Source of the DNA: Actinomycetota bacterium | Lineage (GTDB): Bacteria; Actinomycetota; CADDZG01; WHSQ01 | Reading direction: 5' to 3' | NCBI GenBank assembly: GCA_016781115.1 | Contig: JADDQX010000001.1 | Coordinates: forward strand, 1 to 42,036 | DNA length: 42,036 bases | Shown here: one piece after another, positions 20,085 through 32,141 of the stretch | Numbering within the stretch: the stretch's first letter is position 1 | Layout of the letters: the number at the start of each line of letters is the position of its first letter | Position numbers and translations under genes: made by a program | Notes under the pieces: generated by a model | The model's input: only the letters and a program-made list of their open reading frames with translations | What the model was told of the DNA's origin: nothing | Databases searched by the model: none

Positions 20085-20456
20085 TTACAGCGAGCGACCC
20101 AGGCTCTGTCCCAGCCACACCGCGGCCAGTCCCGCGACCACCGACGCCAGGACGTTCATGATCGCAAGCCCGAACGACCCGACGCCACCCAGGTCGATCG
20201 TCTCCAATGCGAAGGTCGAAAACGTCGTATAGGCGCCGATGAACCCGACCGTGATCCCCACACGGAGGTCGGGGTGGAGGGGCGGCGAGTGGGCGAAGAA
20301 GCCGACCAGCAACCCCAGCAGGAAAGACCCCGTGATGTTGACGACGAACGTCCCCCACGGGAATGCCTCGTCGGGGTAGCTGATAAGTCCCGCGACGAGG
20401 TAGCGGGCGATCGCGCCCAGGAAGCCGCCGACACCGACCCAGAGTGCGGTGCGCAC
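20085..20456 (-). CDS. crcB: Fluoride channel Fluc/CrcB
   Basis: [24 protein letters not shown] and [12 protein letters not shown] motifs. Confidence 0.95.
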   Translation of the reverse strand: MRTALWVGVGGFLGAIARYLVAGLISYPDEAFPWGTFVVNITGSFLLGLLVGFFAHSPPLHPDLRVGITVGFIGAYTTFSTFALETIDLGGVGSFGLAIMNVLASVVAGLAAVWLGQSLGRSL

Positions 20457-20459
20457 GCG

Positions 20460-20924
20460 CTAGAGCTTGAGGCCTTGGGAGAGCTCGATCTTGTAGTCGC
20501 GAAGTCTTGCGCGCAGCTCTTCGTCGCCCGTGGCCAGGATCTGGGCGGCCAGGACCGCGGCGTTCTTGGAGCCGCCGATGGCGACCGTCGCCACCGGCAC
20601 GCCCGGCGGCATCTGCACGCAGGAGTAGAGCGCGTCGGCGCCCCCTAGTGCCTCCTGATAGAGCGGCACGCCGATGACGGGCAAGGTCGTATGCGCGGCC
20701 ACCACCCCTGGGAGGTGGGCGGCAAGGCCGGCTCCCGCGATCAGGACACGCAACCCGCGCTCCTCGGCGCCGCTTGCGTACTCGCTTACGCGTCCCGGCT
20801 TCCGGTGAGCAGACATGACCTCGCTCTCGAACCGGATGCCGAAACGCTCGAGCACCGCGTGCGCCTTGTCCATCACCGGACGGTCCGAATCGCTTCCCAT
20901 GAGTATGCCGACGAGCGGATCCAA
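20460..20924 (-). CDS. purE: N5-CAIR mutase PurE
   Basis: [19 protein letters not shown] and [11 protein letters not shown] motifs. Confidence 0.96.
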   Translation of the reverse strand: MDPLVGILMGSDSDRPVMDKAHAVLERFGIRFESEVMSAHRKPGRVSEYASGAEERGLRVLIAGAGLAAHLPGVVAAHTTLPVIGVPLYQEALGGADALYSCVQMPPGVPVATVAIGGSKNAAVLAAQILATGDEELRARLRDYKIELSQGLKL

Positions 20925-20925
20925 A

Positions 20926-22212
20926 TCAGAGACTCCCTTCGTTTTGCTCGGCCCTGCGGGCGATATCGCCGCGCAGGTGCTTACCTTCGAACTCGATCAT
21001 CCCCGCCGCTCGATAGGCGCGGGCGCGGGCTGCCGCGAACGAATCTCCCATCGCAGAGACCGCCAGCACCCGTCCTCCGCTCGTCACGACGCGGTCGCCC
21101 TCCCTCCTGGTGCCCGAGTGGAAAACGACGACCTTCTCCAGAACGCTAGCGGCGTTCAGCCCGCTGATCTCATGACCGGTCTGGTGGGGTCCGGGATATC
21201 CACCGGAGGCGAGGACGACGGTGACGCACGGATCCGGCGACCATTCCAGCTTCGTGTCGGGTCCGAAGGAGCCGGTCGCGGCCGCCAGTGCCACCTCGCC
21301 CAGGTCGGAGCGCAGACGGGGCAGTAACGCCTGAGTCTCGGGGTCTCCGAAGCGGGCGTTGAACTCGATCACCTTCGGCCCCTTGCTCGTCAGCGCCAAC
21401 CCGGCGTAGAGCGCGCCGACGAAGGGAGCGTCCTCCGCGGCCGTCTGGCGCACCAGCGGCTCGATCACCTCGCGCACTATCTGCTCGACGAGCGCCGGCG
21501 GGCATGCCGGGACCGGGCTGTACGACCCCATCCCGCCGGTATTCGGCCCGGCGTCGCCGTCCAGCGCCCGCTTGTAATCCTGAGCGGGCTCGCACGCGAC
21601 GACGTGGCTGCCGTCGCTGAAGGCGATCAGGGACGCCTCCTCCCCGTCGAGGAACTCCTCGATGACGATGCTGGCTCCGGCCGCCCCGAAGCGATGCTCC
21701 ACGAGGCGCTCCTTGACGGCTCGAACGGCCTCATCGCGCTCAGCGGTCACGACCACGCCCTTACCGGCAGCCAACCCGTCCGCCTTGATGACGTATGGCG
21801 GCCCGATCTCGTCGAGGTAGGCGGTCGCTTCATCGGGATCGGCAAAGGTTCGCCACGCGGCGGTCGGTATCTGGGCTCGCTCCATCAGGGCCTTCGCGTA
21901 GGACTTGGAGCCCTCGATACGTGCGGCCGCGCGGGAAGGGCCGAATACCGGCACGCCGGCATCCCTCACCGCGTCGGCTACGCCTGCTACGAGCGGCGCC
22001 TCGGGACCTACGACGACGAGGTCGAAACGAGCACGTCGAACGAGCCCGGCGACCCCGGTCGGATCTTCGATATCGCATGCCACGATCTCCGCGAGCTCGG
22101 CTATCCCCGGGTTCCCCGGCGCCGCTACCAGTTCATCGATGCAGGCCGAGCGCGACAACGACCACGCAAGAGCGTTCTCGCGGCCGCCGGACCCGAGCAG
22201 CAAAACCCTCAA
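20926..22212 (-). CDS. purD: Phosphoribosylamine-glycine ligase
   Basis: GSGGRE, GPEAPL, KADGLAAGKGV, GPNTGGMG and RFGDPE motifs. Confidence 0.97.
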   Translation of the reverse strand: MRVLLLGSGGRENALAWSLSRSACIDELVAAPGNPGIAELAEIVACDIEDPTGVAGLVRRARFDLVVVGPEAPLVAGVADAVRDAGVPVFGPSRAAARIEGSKSYAKALMERAQIPTAAWRTFADPDEATAYLDEIGPPYVIKADGLAAGKGVVVTAERDEAVRAVKERLVEHRFGAAGASIVIEEFLDGEEASLIAFSDGSHVVACEPAQDYKRALDGDAGPNTGGMGSYSPVPACPPALVEQIVREVIEPLVRQTAAEDAPFVGALYAGLALTSKGPKVIEFNARFGDPETQALLPRLRSDLGEVALAAATGSFGPDTKLEWSPDPCVTVVLASGGYPGPHQTGHEISGLNAASVLEKVVVFHSGTRREGDRVVTSGGRVLAVSAMGDSFAAARARAYRAAGMIEFEGKHLRGDIARRAEQNEGSL

Positions 22213-22222
22213 CGCGGCGTCG

Positions 22223-23726
<1,504 letters not shown>

Positions 23727-23941
23727 GAGCAGCCCTCCTTGAGCTTCCGGACCCGGGACCGGATCCCGCGGCGCGGCGATTGTACTTAGCAGCCGGGGCC
23801 GGAACGCGGCTCCACGGCGACAGAGAACCGCAACTAGAGGCTAAACAAGGGCGAAGGAGGCGCCGATATACGCTGTCCGCGGAAGTTGCGTGGAAGATGT
23901 ATCGCGTTGTTGCTGTGGGCACCCACCTGAGGGGACAGACG

Positions 23942-24745
23942 ATGGACCTCTTCCAGACCGCACTGCTGGGCCTCTTGGCCCTCGGCGTCATCGTGCTCGG
24001 GGCGCTGCTGGCGACTCTCGTCGGTATCAGGCGGGCCGTCGAGGAGAGCGCCAACTCGGCTCAGCTCGGTAGCCTTCCGGCGCTGGGTGGCGAACCCGGC
24101 TCCGCCACAACGGCACCCGCTACCGGAACGGAAGCGGAGACCGCCGGCAGCGGAGCACCCGCCTCCACGGAACCCTCCACCGAGCAGGGGGCCCGCGGAT
24201 ACGGCGCGGTGGAGGTGGAGCCCGTGCAGACAGCCACCCCTGCTGTATCCGCGGCCTCCGCTCCGCCGGGGAGCGCAGAACCAGCGGCCTCCACCAGCGG
24301 AACCGGTCATGCGGCCACGATCCGCTCGGTGCTAGAGCAACACGGCCTCGGCGAGACCGGGTCCTCCGGCGCCATTCATCAGGAGCCTCAGGCTCAGCCC
24401 GCGGTCGAGGAGCCGGTCGTGGAGAGCGTTTTCGCGGCGCATGCCGACGATCCCCAAGAGGAGCCGTTCCAGCGGGAGGGACGCTGGTGGTTCCGCCGTG
24501 GCGACGAGCTCCTGCTCTACGACGAGGCGACGGGGCAATGGCAGCCGGCGCCGGAAGTCGCGCTGCCCGGACAGCCGGCCAGCATGCCGGCCGCGCAACA
24601 AGCCACCCAGCAGGCAGCGACCGCGACGGCGCCTATGTCGACCGTCGCCGATCAAGCCGCGAGCTTCTGGAAGTGCGCCACCTGCGGAGCGGTGAACGGC
24701 TCCACAGCGGCAACGTGCCGGATGTGCTTCGCGGCGCGTCCCTAA
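23942..24745 (+). CDS. Membrane-anchored low-complexity protein with a C-terminal RanBP2-type zinc finger
   Basis: N-terminal TM helix, Ala/Pro/Thr/Glu linker, Trp-rich module, then WKCATCGAVNGSTAATCRMC. GAGGGG RBS precedes the ATG at 23942. Confidence 0.75.
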   Translation: MDLFQTALLGLLALGVIVLGALLATLVGIRRAVEESANSAQLGSLPALGGEPGSATTAPATGTEAETAGSGAPASTEPSTEQGARGYGAVEVEPVQTATPAVSAASAPPGSAEPAASTSGTGHAATIRSVLEQHGLGETGSSGAIHQEPQAQPAVEEPVVESVFAAHADDPQEEPFQREGRWWFRRGDELLLYDEATGQWQPAPEVALPGQPASMPAAQQATQQAATATAPMSTVADQAASFWKCATCGAVNGSTAATCRMCFAARP

Positions 24746-25044
24746 GGGACGTCTCGTCGCGGGTCCTGCTCCGAGATCCGCTCTAGGTACGGGCTCACCC
24801 CCGGCAGCCTCAGGTCGCGTCCGGATGCGGCAAGCCCGATCGCCAAGACCCACACCACTGCGCCGGCCGCGAACACCACCCGGGTGAACGAGGCAGAGAT
24901 GATCGATGCGCCATAGAGAGCAATCGGCCAGATCAGCCCGATCAAGATGGCCTGGACGCCATGGAAGCGCGTTCTGGCATCCGGACCGAACAGGAAAGCG
25001 GCGAGGCCCGTCACCGGGAGCAACAGGTACGCCAACGCCGCCAT
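24742..25044 (-). CDS. Small membrane protein, DUF4870/Tic20-like
   Basis: AALAYLL..VTG...RFHGVQAI pattern, three TM segments; TACGAT -10 lies 6 nt upstream. Confidence 0.7.
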   Translation of the reverse strand: MAALAYLLLPVTGLAAFLFGPDARTRFHGVQAILIGLIWPIALYGASIISASFTRVVFAAGAVVWVLAIGLAASGRDLRLPGVSPYLERISEQDPRRDVP

Positions 25045-25120
25045 CATTGCATCGTAAGGAGTAGGCGCGCTCGAGCTGCCGGCGGGGGTTCCTTCCCGCG
25101 GGAGCGGGGATGATGAGGCG

Positions 25121-27112
25121 ATGACGAATCGCCTGGCGCAAGAGACGAGCCCGTACCTGCTCCAACACCAACACAACCCCGTCGACTGGTACCCGTGGGG
25201 AGAAGAGGCGCTCGAGCGAGCCAAGCGCGAGGACAAGCCCATCCTCCTGTCCGTTGGGTACGCGGCCTGCCACTGGTGCCACGTGATGGAGAGAGAGTCG
25301 TTCGAAGACGAGGCCACCGCGGCGGTGATGAACGAACACTTCGTGTGCGTGAAGGTCGATCGCGAGGAGCGCCCCGACATCGATGCCATCTATATGGATG
25401 CCGTGCAGGCCATGACCGGGCAGGGCGGGTGGCCGATGACGGTGTTTCTCACCCCGGACGGGAAGCCCTTCTATGGTGGCACTTACTTCCCGCCCCAGGA
25501 CCGCCATGGGCTGCCTTCCTTCACGCGGCTGCTGGAAGCCGTCGCCGAGGCGTGGCGGGACCGACGCCACGACGTCGAGCTGCAGGGCAAGCAGCTGGTC
25601 GAACAGATGGATCCTCTAGCTCGGCTGCGACCGAGCAACGAGCTCGTCACGAGCCAGATCCTGGACCAAGCCTTCGCCGGCCTCCGCTCCTCTTTCGACG
25701 CTGAATGGGGAGGCTTCGGGCGAGCCCCGAAGTTCCCTCAGCCGATGACGCTCGACCTGGCGATGCGGCTGGACAGGCGAGGGCGCGGCGACGCCCGTCA
25801 GATGGTGCGGCGGACGCTCGATGCGATGGCTGCCGGCGGCATGTTCGATCAACTGGCCGGAGGCTTCGCGCGCTACTCCGTGGACCGCTACTGGTTAGTT
25901 CCGCACTTCGAGAAGATGCTCTACGACAACGCCCAGCTGCTGCGGATGTATGCACGGTCGTGGCAGGTCTCGGCGAACGACCGGGATGCCGAGGTAGCGC
26001 GCGCTACCGCCGGGTGGATGTTGACCGAGATGAGCGATCCCGCGGGCGGGTTTTGGTCCTCGCTCGACGCAGACTCTGAAGGCGAAGAGGGGAAGTTCTA
26101 CGTATGGTCTCTCGACGAGGTGCGAGAGGTAGCAGGCGCCGATCTCGCCGCCGCCGTTGCTCACTGGGGCTTCACGGAACAAGGCAACTTCGAGGGCAAG
26201 AACATCCCGGTCTACGCAGGCGATCCGCCGGATCCGGCCGCGATCGCGCGCGCTCGTGCCGCGCTGCTGGAACGGCGGTCACAACGGGTTCGCCCGGGCA
26301 CCGACGACAAAGTGCTCACCGCGTGGAACGCTCTGGCCGCCTCGGCTCTCGCAGAAGCGGGAACGATCCTGCAAGAGAAGGAGTGGGTGGACGTGGCCGC
26401 GCGCGCGTTGACGTTCATCTTCGACACCCTCCTCGTCGACGGACGGCTGATGCGGGCTTACCGGCACGGGACGATCAACCACCTCGGGTTCTCGGAGGAT
26501 TACGCGTTCGTACTGGAGGCGTGCCTGTCGCTTTACGAGGCGACGTTGGACGAGATCTGGCTCGAGCGCGGAAGGTGGATCGCAGACGAAGCGGTCCGGC
26601 TCTTCCACGACCCCGTCGCCGGAGGTTTCTTCACCACGGGCTCGGACGCGGAGCAGCTTGTGACGCGGGCGAAAGATCTCGTAGACAACGCGATCCCTGC
26701 GGCCAACTCGGTGTTTGCCCTCGAACTGCAACGGCTCGCTTTGTTCACGGGGGAGGCGTCGTACGAAGAGAAGGGTGTGCAGGTGATCAGGTTGCTGCAC
26801 CAGGCGATGACGCGGTCGCCGCTGGGGTTCGCTCATCTGCTGTGCGCCGTCGACTTCTACACGGGAGATCCGACCGAGATCGTAGTGATCGGGGAGCAGG
26901 GGACGCACGACACCGAGGCTCTGCTGCACGTCGTTCGCGCGACCTACGTGCCGAACAGCATCTTGCTGCTGGCGGAGCAGGGGCGAGAGGAACCGCCGCT
27001 CCTTCGCGGCAAGGTGAAGATCGAGGGCCGCGCGACCGTCTATGTCTGCCATCGCGGCGCCTGCAGGGCGCCGGTTACGGACCCGCAAGAGCTTCCCGCG
27101 CAACTCGTGTGA
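25121..27112 (+). CDS. YyaL/SPATA20-family thioredoxin-domain protein
   Basis: [36 protein letters not shown] and DDKVLTAWN motifs. Confidence 0.93.
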   Translation: MTNRLAQETSPYLLQHQHNPVDWYPWGEEALERAKREDKPILLSVGYAACHWCHVMERESFEDEATAAVMNEHFVCVKVDREERPDIDAIYMDAVQAMTGQGGWPMTVFLTPDGKPFYGGTYFPPQDRHGLPSFTRLLEAVAEAWRDRRHDVELQGKQLVEQMDPLARLRPSNELVTSQILDQAFAGLRSSFDAEWGGFGRAPKFPQPMTLDLAMRLDRRGRGDARQMVRRTLDAMAAGGMFDQLAGGFARYSVDRYWLVPHFEKMLYDNAQLLRMYARSWQVSANDRDAEVARATAGWMLTEMSDPAGGFWSSLDADSEGEEGKFYVWSLDEVREVAGADLAAAVAHWGFTEQGNFEGKNIPVYAGDPPDPAAIARARAALLERRSQRVRPGTDDKVLTAWNALAASALAEAGTILQEKEWVDVAARALTFIFDTLLVDGRLMRAYRHGTINHLGFSEDYAFVLEACLSLYEATLDEIWLERGRWIADEAVRLFHDPVAGGFFTTGSDAEQLVTRAKDLVDNAIPAANSVFALELQRLALFTGEASYEEKGVQVIRLLHQAMTRSPLGFAHLLCAVDFYTGDPTEIVVIGEQGTHDTEALLHVVRATYVPNSILLLAEQGREEPPLLRGKVKIEGRATVYVCHRGACRAPVTDPQELPAQLV

Positions 27113-27113
27113 C

Positions 27114-27542
27114 ATGAGTGGGATCAAGATCAACCGCTCGCTGACGGTGCCCGACCAGGAGATCGAGTTCCGCTTCACCACCTCCGGGGGTCCCGGTGGG
27201 CAACACGCGAACAAGGCTTCGACGCGCGTGGAGTTGATCTGGAACGTCGACAACTCTGCCGTGCTGGGGCCGCGCCAACGCAGGCGTCTGCATGAATCTC
27301 TCCGCCACCGGATCGACTCGGCGGGAAACCTGCGACTGGCGAGCGACCGCAACCGGTCACAGCTGCAGAACCGCAACGACGTCATCCAGCGCTTCCGAAC
27401 GCTCGTTAGCCACGCCCTCGTTCCTCCGAAGAAGCGTGTGGAGACGAAGCCCAGCAGAGCTGCCAAGGAGAAGCGGCTGAGTCAGAAGAAACAACGTAGC
27501 GACGTGAAGCAGCTGCGTAAGGTGCGTCTAGACGAGCTCTAG
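27114..27542 (+). CDS. arfB: Alternative ribosome-rescue peptidyl-tRNA hydrolase ArfB
   Basis: SGGPGGQHANK motif, RSQ..NR, basic C-terminal tail. Confidence 0.93.
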   Translation: MSGIKINRSLTVPDQEIEFRFTTSGGPGGQHANKASTRVELIWNVDNSAVLGPRQRRRLHESLRHRIDSAGNLRLASDRNRSQLQNRNDVIQRFRTLVSHALVPPKKRVETKPSRAAKEKRLSQKKQRSDVKQLRKVRLDEL

Positions 27543-28903
27543 CCGGCGGTGGCGAGCTCGAGCAGCGAATCGGCGACATGGTCCCACGACCAGCGCTCGT
27601 GTGCGAGGCGGACCGCCACCTGTTCGAGACCCACGCGCTGTTCCAGCGGTATCTCCAGCACCCGGTCGATAGCGGCCGCCAGCGCCGGTATCGGATCCGC
27701 CGGATCGAACGTGAGCAAGCCAGGACGGCCTATCGCCTGCTCGATCGCGGCCCCCGCCTCGCCTATCCCGGAATGAGCTGGAACGATCGGGAGGACCCCC
27801 GCCGCAGCCGCTTCCGCCGCGACCATCCCGAACGCCTCCGACACCACAGATGGCACCGCGAGCGTGTCGAACGTCGGCAGCGCCCTCGATAGCTCGTGGT
27901 GGTCGAGCCGCCCGGTGAACTCGATCTGGGTGGACCGCGCGGCGGCCACGTAATCTGCCGGAGCGGTCTCGAGGAACCGGACGAGATCCACCAGCGGGTG
28001 GGTTTCCCCGCCGCGGGCTACCGCAAGCATCTGCGGGATGTCACCACTGCCCACGGCTTGCGCGAGACAACGCAGGCCATCTTCGAACCCGCCATAGCCG
28101 ACGATCACCGCCCGCCGAACGCGCTCGCAGAGCGGGAGGGCCGCGATCAGGTGGTGAGCTCCCTTGGACGCGATCAGCTTCCCTACGAAACCGACCGTCC
28201 CGGTGTTGCTCGAGCGCGGTCGCGGCTGGAACACCTCGACGTCACAGCCGGGGTTGACCACGGCCGCTCGCTGCGCCCAGCCGGGAACGTGAGCCGCCGC
28301 CTCTTCCACCATGTAGCGGCTCCCACCAACGACCCCGGCGGCGGCGCCCAGCCCCGTCGCCGCGTATCGCGCGTAGCGAGCTTGCTTCTTCACCGCGTAC
28401 TCCAGCGCGCTCCCGTGAAGCTTCGCGATATAGGACCGTTCGCTCATCTCACAGGCGCGTCGCGCGATCTCAGGTCCCATGATCTCGTGGCCGGTGATGA
28501 TCGCGTCCGGCTCGAACGCGTTGATCGCGGTGACCATCGCTCGGACGTTGCGATCGGTGTAGTCCGCTAGCTCCTCATCAGACAGGTCGACGAATAGCTT
28601 CACGGTGAATCCGTCGTAGCGGTCGTAGACGTAGACCGGCAACAACGACCCGATATCTGGACGCGCCAGGCGGCAGCGTCCCGATGCCGCGATCGCGCCT
28701 GGTGAAGGGTCGAGCCGGAACGCTGTGTTGCCGGCGATGAAGTCTCCGGCCTCGTCGACGAACCCCACGCTTTGAGGTGCCCGTTCCTGGCACATCAGCA
28801 AGACGTCGTGGCCCTTGCGCCTCCAGCTGCGCGCCAGGTTGGAGGTGAACACGTTGGATCCAGAACCCGTGAGCAGGTAGCCGTGCCACAGCAGGATCTT
28901 CAT
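27539..28903 (-). CDS. GT4 family glycosyltransferase
   Basis: GT-B fold motifs: GSGSN loop, FVGKLIASKG, PSVVSEAFGMVAAEA (Ex7E). Confidence 0.88.
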   Translation of the reverse strand: MKILLWHGYLLTGSGSNVFTSNLARSWRRKGHDVLLMCQERAPQSVGFVDEAGDFIAGNTAFRLDPSPGAIAASGRCRLARPDIGSLLPVYVYDRYDGFTVKLFVDLSDEELADYTDRNVRAMVTAINAFEPDAIITGHEIMGPEIARRACEMSERSYIAKLHGSALEYAVKKQARYARYAATGLGAAAGVVGGSRYMVEEAAAHVPGWAQRAAVVNPGCDVEVFQPRPRSSNTGTVGFVGKLIASKGAHHLIAALPLCERVRRAVIVGYGGFEDGLRCLAQAVGSGDIPQMLAVARGGETHPLVDLVRFLETAPADYVAAARSTQIEFTGRLDHHELSRALPTFDTLAVPSVVSEAFGMVAAEAAAAGVLPIVPAHSGIGEAGAAIEQAIGRPGLLTFDPADPIPALAAAIDRVLEIPLEQRVGLEQVAVRLAHERWSWDHVADSLLELATAG

Positions 28904-28926
28904 CGCCCAGAACCTAAACTCGCCCG

Positions 28927-29532
28927 ATGTTGCTGGACCGTTCTCTGCGCGCGACGATCCGCAACTTCTCGACGCTTTTCTTGGTCGTCTTCATGCTGCT
29001 GGGGCCGCTTCACCTCCTCTACGGCATCGTCTTCCACGACGTCCTCGAGTTGCGGGAGCTTCATCCCGCCATAGAGGGGTTCCCACCGAACCGGTTGGTC
29101 CGAGGGGTTGGTCAAGCTGCTGTTTCCCAAGCTCGGATCTGGTTCTGGGCGCTCGTTGTGGTCGAGGTCGTTGCACTTCCCGTGCTCCTGCGGGCCTGCC
29201 AACGCGTCCTGGCGGCAGACGCCGCGGGCGATGTGCCAACGGCGATCGGCGCGTGGCGATCGCTCCGTACAGAGACGGCGATGACGACGCAAAGCGGCAA
29301 CAAGCTGGGAACGGTTGCGGCTGCGTTGTTGATCGCGGTTGCAAGCGGGACGTTCCTCGAGCTGATCGGGATGTCGCTCGTGAACCTGCTCCCCGACAGC
29401 GTCGCGTTCGCCGCCATCGCGCTGACGCAAGCAACCGCCCGATCCACCCGAGTTGTGTTCTTCCTAGTGCCGCTCGCGCACGTCCTAGCGGCTCGACCGG
29501 GACGCACCCAGCAGGTGCCGGACCTCTTCTAG
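28927..29532 (+). CDS. Hypothetical membrane protein
   Basis: About 4 hydrophobic segments; TAAACT -10 lies 6 nt upstream; stop overlaps the mca stop. Confidence 0.65.
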   Translation: MLLDRSLRATIRNFSTLFLVVFMLLGPLHLLYGIVFHDVLELRELHPAIEGFPPNRLVRGVGQAAVSQARIWFWALVVVEVVALPVLLRACQRVLAADAAGDVPTAIGAWRSLRTETAMTTQSGNKLGTVAAALLIAVASGTFLELIGMSLVNLLPDSVAFAAIALTQATARSTRVVFFLVPLAHVLAARPGRTQQVPDLF

Positions 29533-30389
29533 AGCCCCTGGAAGAGATCGTCTTCCGGAAGGTCCTTCTCCACGTGGGTCGCGACCAGCGTGTAGTCCTC
29601 CCACGGGTAGACCTTCCGATGGATCTCGTCGGGGATCGCGAACCAGAAACTGTCGGGATCGATCTGCGTGGCATGGGCCAGCAACGCCTTGGACCGTAGT
29701 TCGATGTAATCGCCCACGTCGATCTGCGTCGTGATCTCGGGATCCTCGAACCCGATTTCGTCCCACTTCTCGAGCCAGCCGATGTACGGGCTTTCGATCC
29801 CCTCGGTGACCGCTGCGTCCGACAGTATCTGCATCCGCTGCTTGCTGAACGTGGCGAAGAAGTACAGCTTCGAAGCTGCCCACGCGGGTCCCGCGTCGGG
29901 GAAGCGATCGGGGTCTGCCGCCGCGACGAAGGCCTCCTTCCCCCACTCGTGGACCTTCACGTGGTCCGGATGCTCGTAACCCCGTGACTCGTCGTACGAC
30001 AACACGACCTCTGGCTTCTCCGCCCGGATGATCTGAACCAGCTTTCCCACGGCTTCGTCGGGATCGGCGTTGCAGAAAGCCGCAGGATGATCGTTCGCGG
30101 GTGATCCGGGCATCCCGGAGTCGCGATAGCCGAGCTGGTAGATCTTCTTCACTCCGAGCAGATCGCACGCGGTTTCAAGTTCGGCTTCGCGCAGTTCCGG
30201 CATCCGCTCCTTGATCCCGGGCTTGTCCATCCGAGGATTGAGGATGTCTCCCTCTTCACCCCTCGTAGCGCAGGCGAGAACGACGCGGACTCCTTCGTCG
30301 GCATAACGAGCCATCGTGGCCGAACCCTTCGATGATTCGTCGTCCGGGTGGGCGTGGATCGCCAACAGGCATCTTTGTTTCTCAGACAC
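29529..30389 (-). CDS. mca: Mycothiol S-conjugate amidase (PIG-L/LmbE family)
   Basis: HAHPDDESSKG, LGYRDSG, GY.HPDH, ALLAHATQIDP..FWF. The SSKG and QIDP motifs favour Mca over MshB. Confidence 0.85.
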   Translation of the reverse strand: MSEKQRCLLAIHAHPDDESSKGSATMARYADEGVRVVLACATRGEEGDILNPRMDKPGIKERMPELREAELETACDLLGVKKIYQLGYRDSGMPGSPANDHPAAFCNADPDEAVGKLVQIIRAEKPEVVLSYDESRGYEHPDHVKVHEWGKEAFVAAADPDRFPDAGPAWAASKLYFFATFSKQRMQILSDAAVTEGIESPYIGWLEKWDEIGFEDPEITTQIDVGDYIELRSKALLAHATQIDPDSFWFAIPDEIHRKVYPWEDYTLVATHVEKDLPEDDLFQGL

Positions 30390-30409
30390 GCTTGTAGGCT
30401 ACCTGCCGC

Positions 30410-30907
30410 ATGTCTACGCCTCCCACCGGTGATTTCTTCGAGAAGGCGCGCGCCGTCGCAGCGTCCATCCTCTTCGCCTGCGGCGCGGCGGCAGTCGTCG
30501 GCTCGCTCCTCGATTGGGTGACGGTGCGAGCGCAGCCTCCAGACGTTCCGGACGACCAGCTACACCGTCTTCCTCCGTTCAGCGGAATCGAGATCGGCGA
30601 CGGCTGGTACGTGATCGCTGCCGCGGTCGTGGTTCTGGTGTGTGCTTTCTTCATCGTCATCAGAGGTAGATCCCGCTACGCGTGGCTGGCGTTCCTGGGC
30701 TGCATCGTCATAGGGGGAATCTCGATCTCCGACTACCGCGGGATTGAGGAGTTGCATCTCTCTCTAGAGGCGATCGGACGCGACCCGCGTCCCGGACTCG
30801 GACTCACCTTGGTGGCAGCAGCCGGGCTGATCGGGCTCGCCGCGTCCGTCGCGGCGGTCGCCGCATCGCCGTCACAGCCGAACGATCAGAGGCGTTCGAC
30901 GGGATAG
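30410..30907 (+). CDS. Hypothetical membrane protein
   Basis: Four TM segments with a GSLLDWVTV...G.GL.L pattern. Confidence 0.65.
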   Translation: MSTPPTGDFFEKARAVAASILFACGAAAVVGSLLDWVTVRAQPPDVPDDQLHRLPPFSGIEIGDGWYVIAAAVVVLVCAFFIVIRGRSRYAWLAFLGCIVIGGISISDYRGIEELHLSLEAIGRDPRPGLGLTLVAAAGLIGLAASVAAVAASPSQPNDQRRSTG

Positions 30908-32106
30908 CCGTTGCTCTGGAGCGCGCCGATGAGCTCATCGATATGAGGCGTCCCCTTCGTCTCCAACTGCAGAGCGACCGAGACCTCTCCCACGTGCATC
31001 GCAAGGCCCTCCCGATGGTGCTCGACGCCAACAACGTTGCCGCCAAGCTCCGCCACCAACGCCAGTAGACGAGCCAGCTCCCCCGGGTTGTCGGCGATCC
31101 TCGTCTGGAACGCGAGATAACGCCCTGCCGCGCTCATTCCGAACCGGATCACGCTCAGGAGAAGAAGCGGGTCGATGTTGCCTCCCGACAGGACGACGGC
31201 TACCGGGGGTTTGAGGTCGGCGGCGTTCTGAAGCACCGCGGCGACCCCGGCAGCGCCGGCGGGCTCGAGGACCAGCTTCATCCGCTCGACCGTGAACACC
31301 AACGCCTCGGCGATCGCCTCGTCGGTCACCGTCACGACCTCGTCCACCTGCCGCGCTATATGCGCGAGCGTGAGGTCCCCCGGACGGTTCGCCGCGATCC
31401 CATCCGCGATCGTGGACATCGACTCGAGCGGCACCGGCTCGCCCTTCTCCAACGAAGCGGGGAACGCCGCGGCGCCCGCGGCTTGGACACCGATCATCCG
31501 GATCGACGGCCTGAGCGTTGTGAGGGCGGCGGCCGCTCCGGCCATGAGACCGCCCCCGCCGATCGGAACCACCACTGTCGAAACGTCCGGTAACTGCTCC
31601 GCGATCTCGCAGCCGATCGTGCCCTGCCCTGCGATCACGTGGGGATGGTCGAATGGGTGAACGAAGACGGCTCCGGTCTCTGCAGAGTGCGTTTCCGCCG
31701 CTGCGAACGCGGCCCCGAAGTCCTTGCCGGTCAGCACCACCTTCGCGCCGTAGCGCTTCGTAGCCTCCACCTTCGGAAGGGAAGCGGCGGCGGGCATGAA
31801 GACCGTGGCTGGGAGGCCCGAGAGAGACGCCGCCAGCGCCACTCCCTGCGCGTGGTTGCCGGCGGATGCGGCGACGACCCCGGCGGCGCGCCCGTGATCG
31901 GCGAGCCTGCTGATCCGGTTATAGGCGCCGCGGATCTTGAACGACCCGGTGCGCTGCAGGTTCTCGCACTTGATGAAGACGGGCCCGCCCACGTGGCCGG
32001 ACAATGCGCGGGACCGGTCGAGAGGCGTCTGGACCGCCACTCCCTGAAGGCGCTCGCGGGCGTCGGTGATGTCTGCAAGCTCCACCAGGACCTGAGACGT
32101 TCTCAC
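30886..32106 (-). CDS. ilvA: Threonine ammonia-lyase with C-terminal ACT domain
   Basis: KCENLQRTGSFKIRGA, SAGNHAQG, GGGGL, SGGNID, ACT (DNPGEL). Start is GTG 32106 or 32085. Confidence 0.92.
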   Translation of the reverse strand: MRTSQVLVELADITDARERLQGVAVQTPLDRSRALSGHVGGPVFIKCENLQRTGSFKIRGAYNRISRLADHGRAAGVVAASAGNHAQGVALAASLSGLPATVFMPAAASLPKVEATKRYGAKVVLTGKDFGAAFAAAETHSAETGAVFVHPFDHPHVIAGQGTIGCEIAEQLPDVSTVVVPIGGGGLMAGAAAALTTLRPSIRMIGVQAAGAAAFPASLEKGEPVPLESMSTIADGIAANRPGDLTLAHIARQVDEVVTVTDEAIAEALVFTVERMKLVLEPAGAAGVAAVLQNAADLKPPVAVVLSGGNIDPLLLLSVIRFGMSAAGRYLAFQTRIADNPGELARLLALVAELGGNVVGVEHHREGLAMHVGEVSVALQLETKGTPHIDELIGALQSNGYPVERL

Positions 32107-32141
32107 AGCCGTATCGTCGCACGTACGCGACGATGGGAGAC

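Noticed and set aside
20456..20520. Fluoride riboswitch upstream of crcB
   Set aside because: Only 3 bp separate crcB from purE, and no riboswitch consensus is visible.
23727..23941. Purine or ZTP riboswitch ahead of the dodecin-pur unit
   Set aside because: Only a short GC hairpin lies in the leader and no recognisable aptamer consensus was seen; an Rfam scan would settle it.
27539..28903. mshA or the selenosugar synthase senB
   Set aside because: Diagnostic N-terminal motifs of either family were not recognised, and no senA/senC or selD is adjacent.
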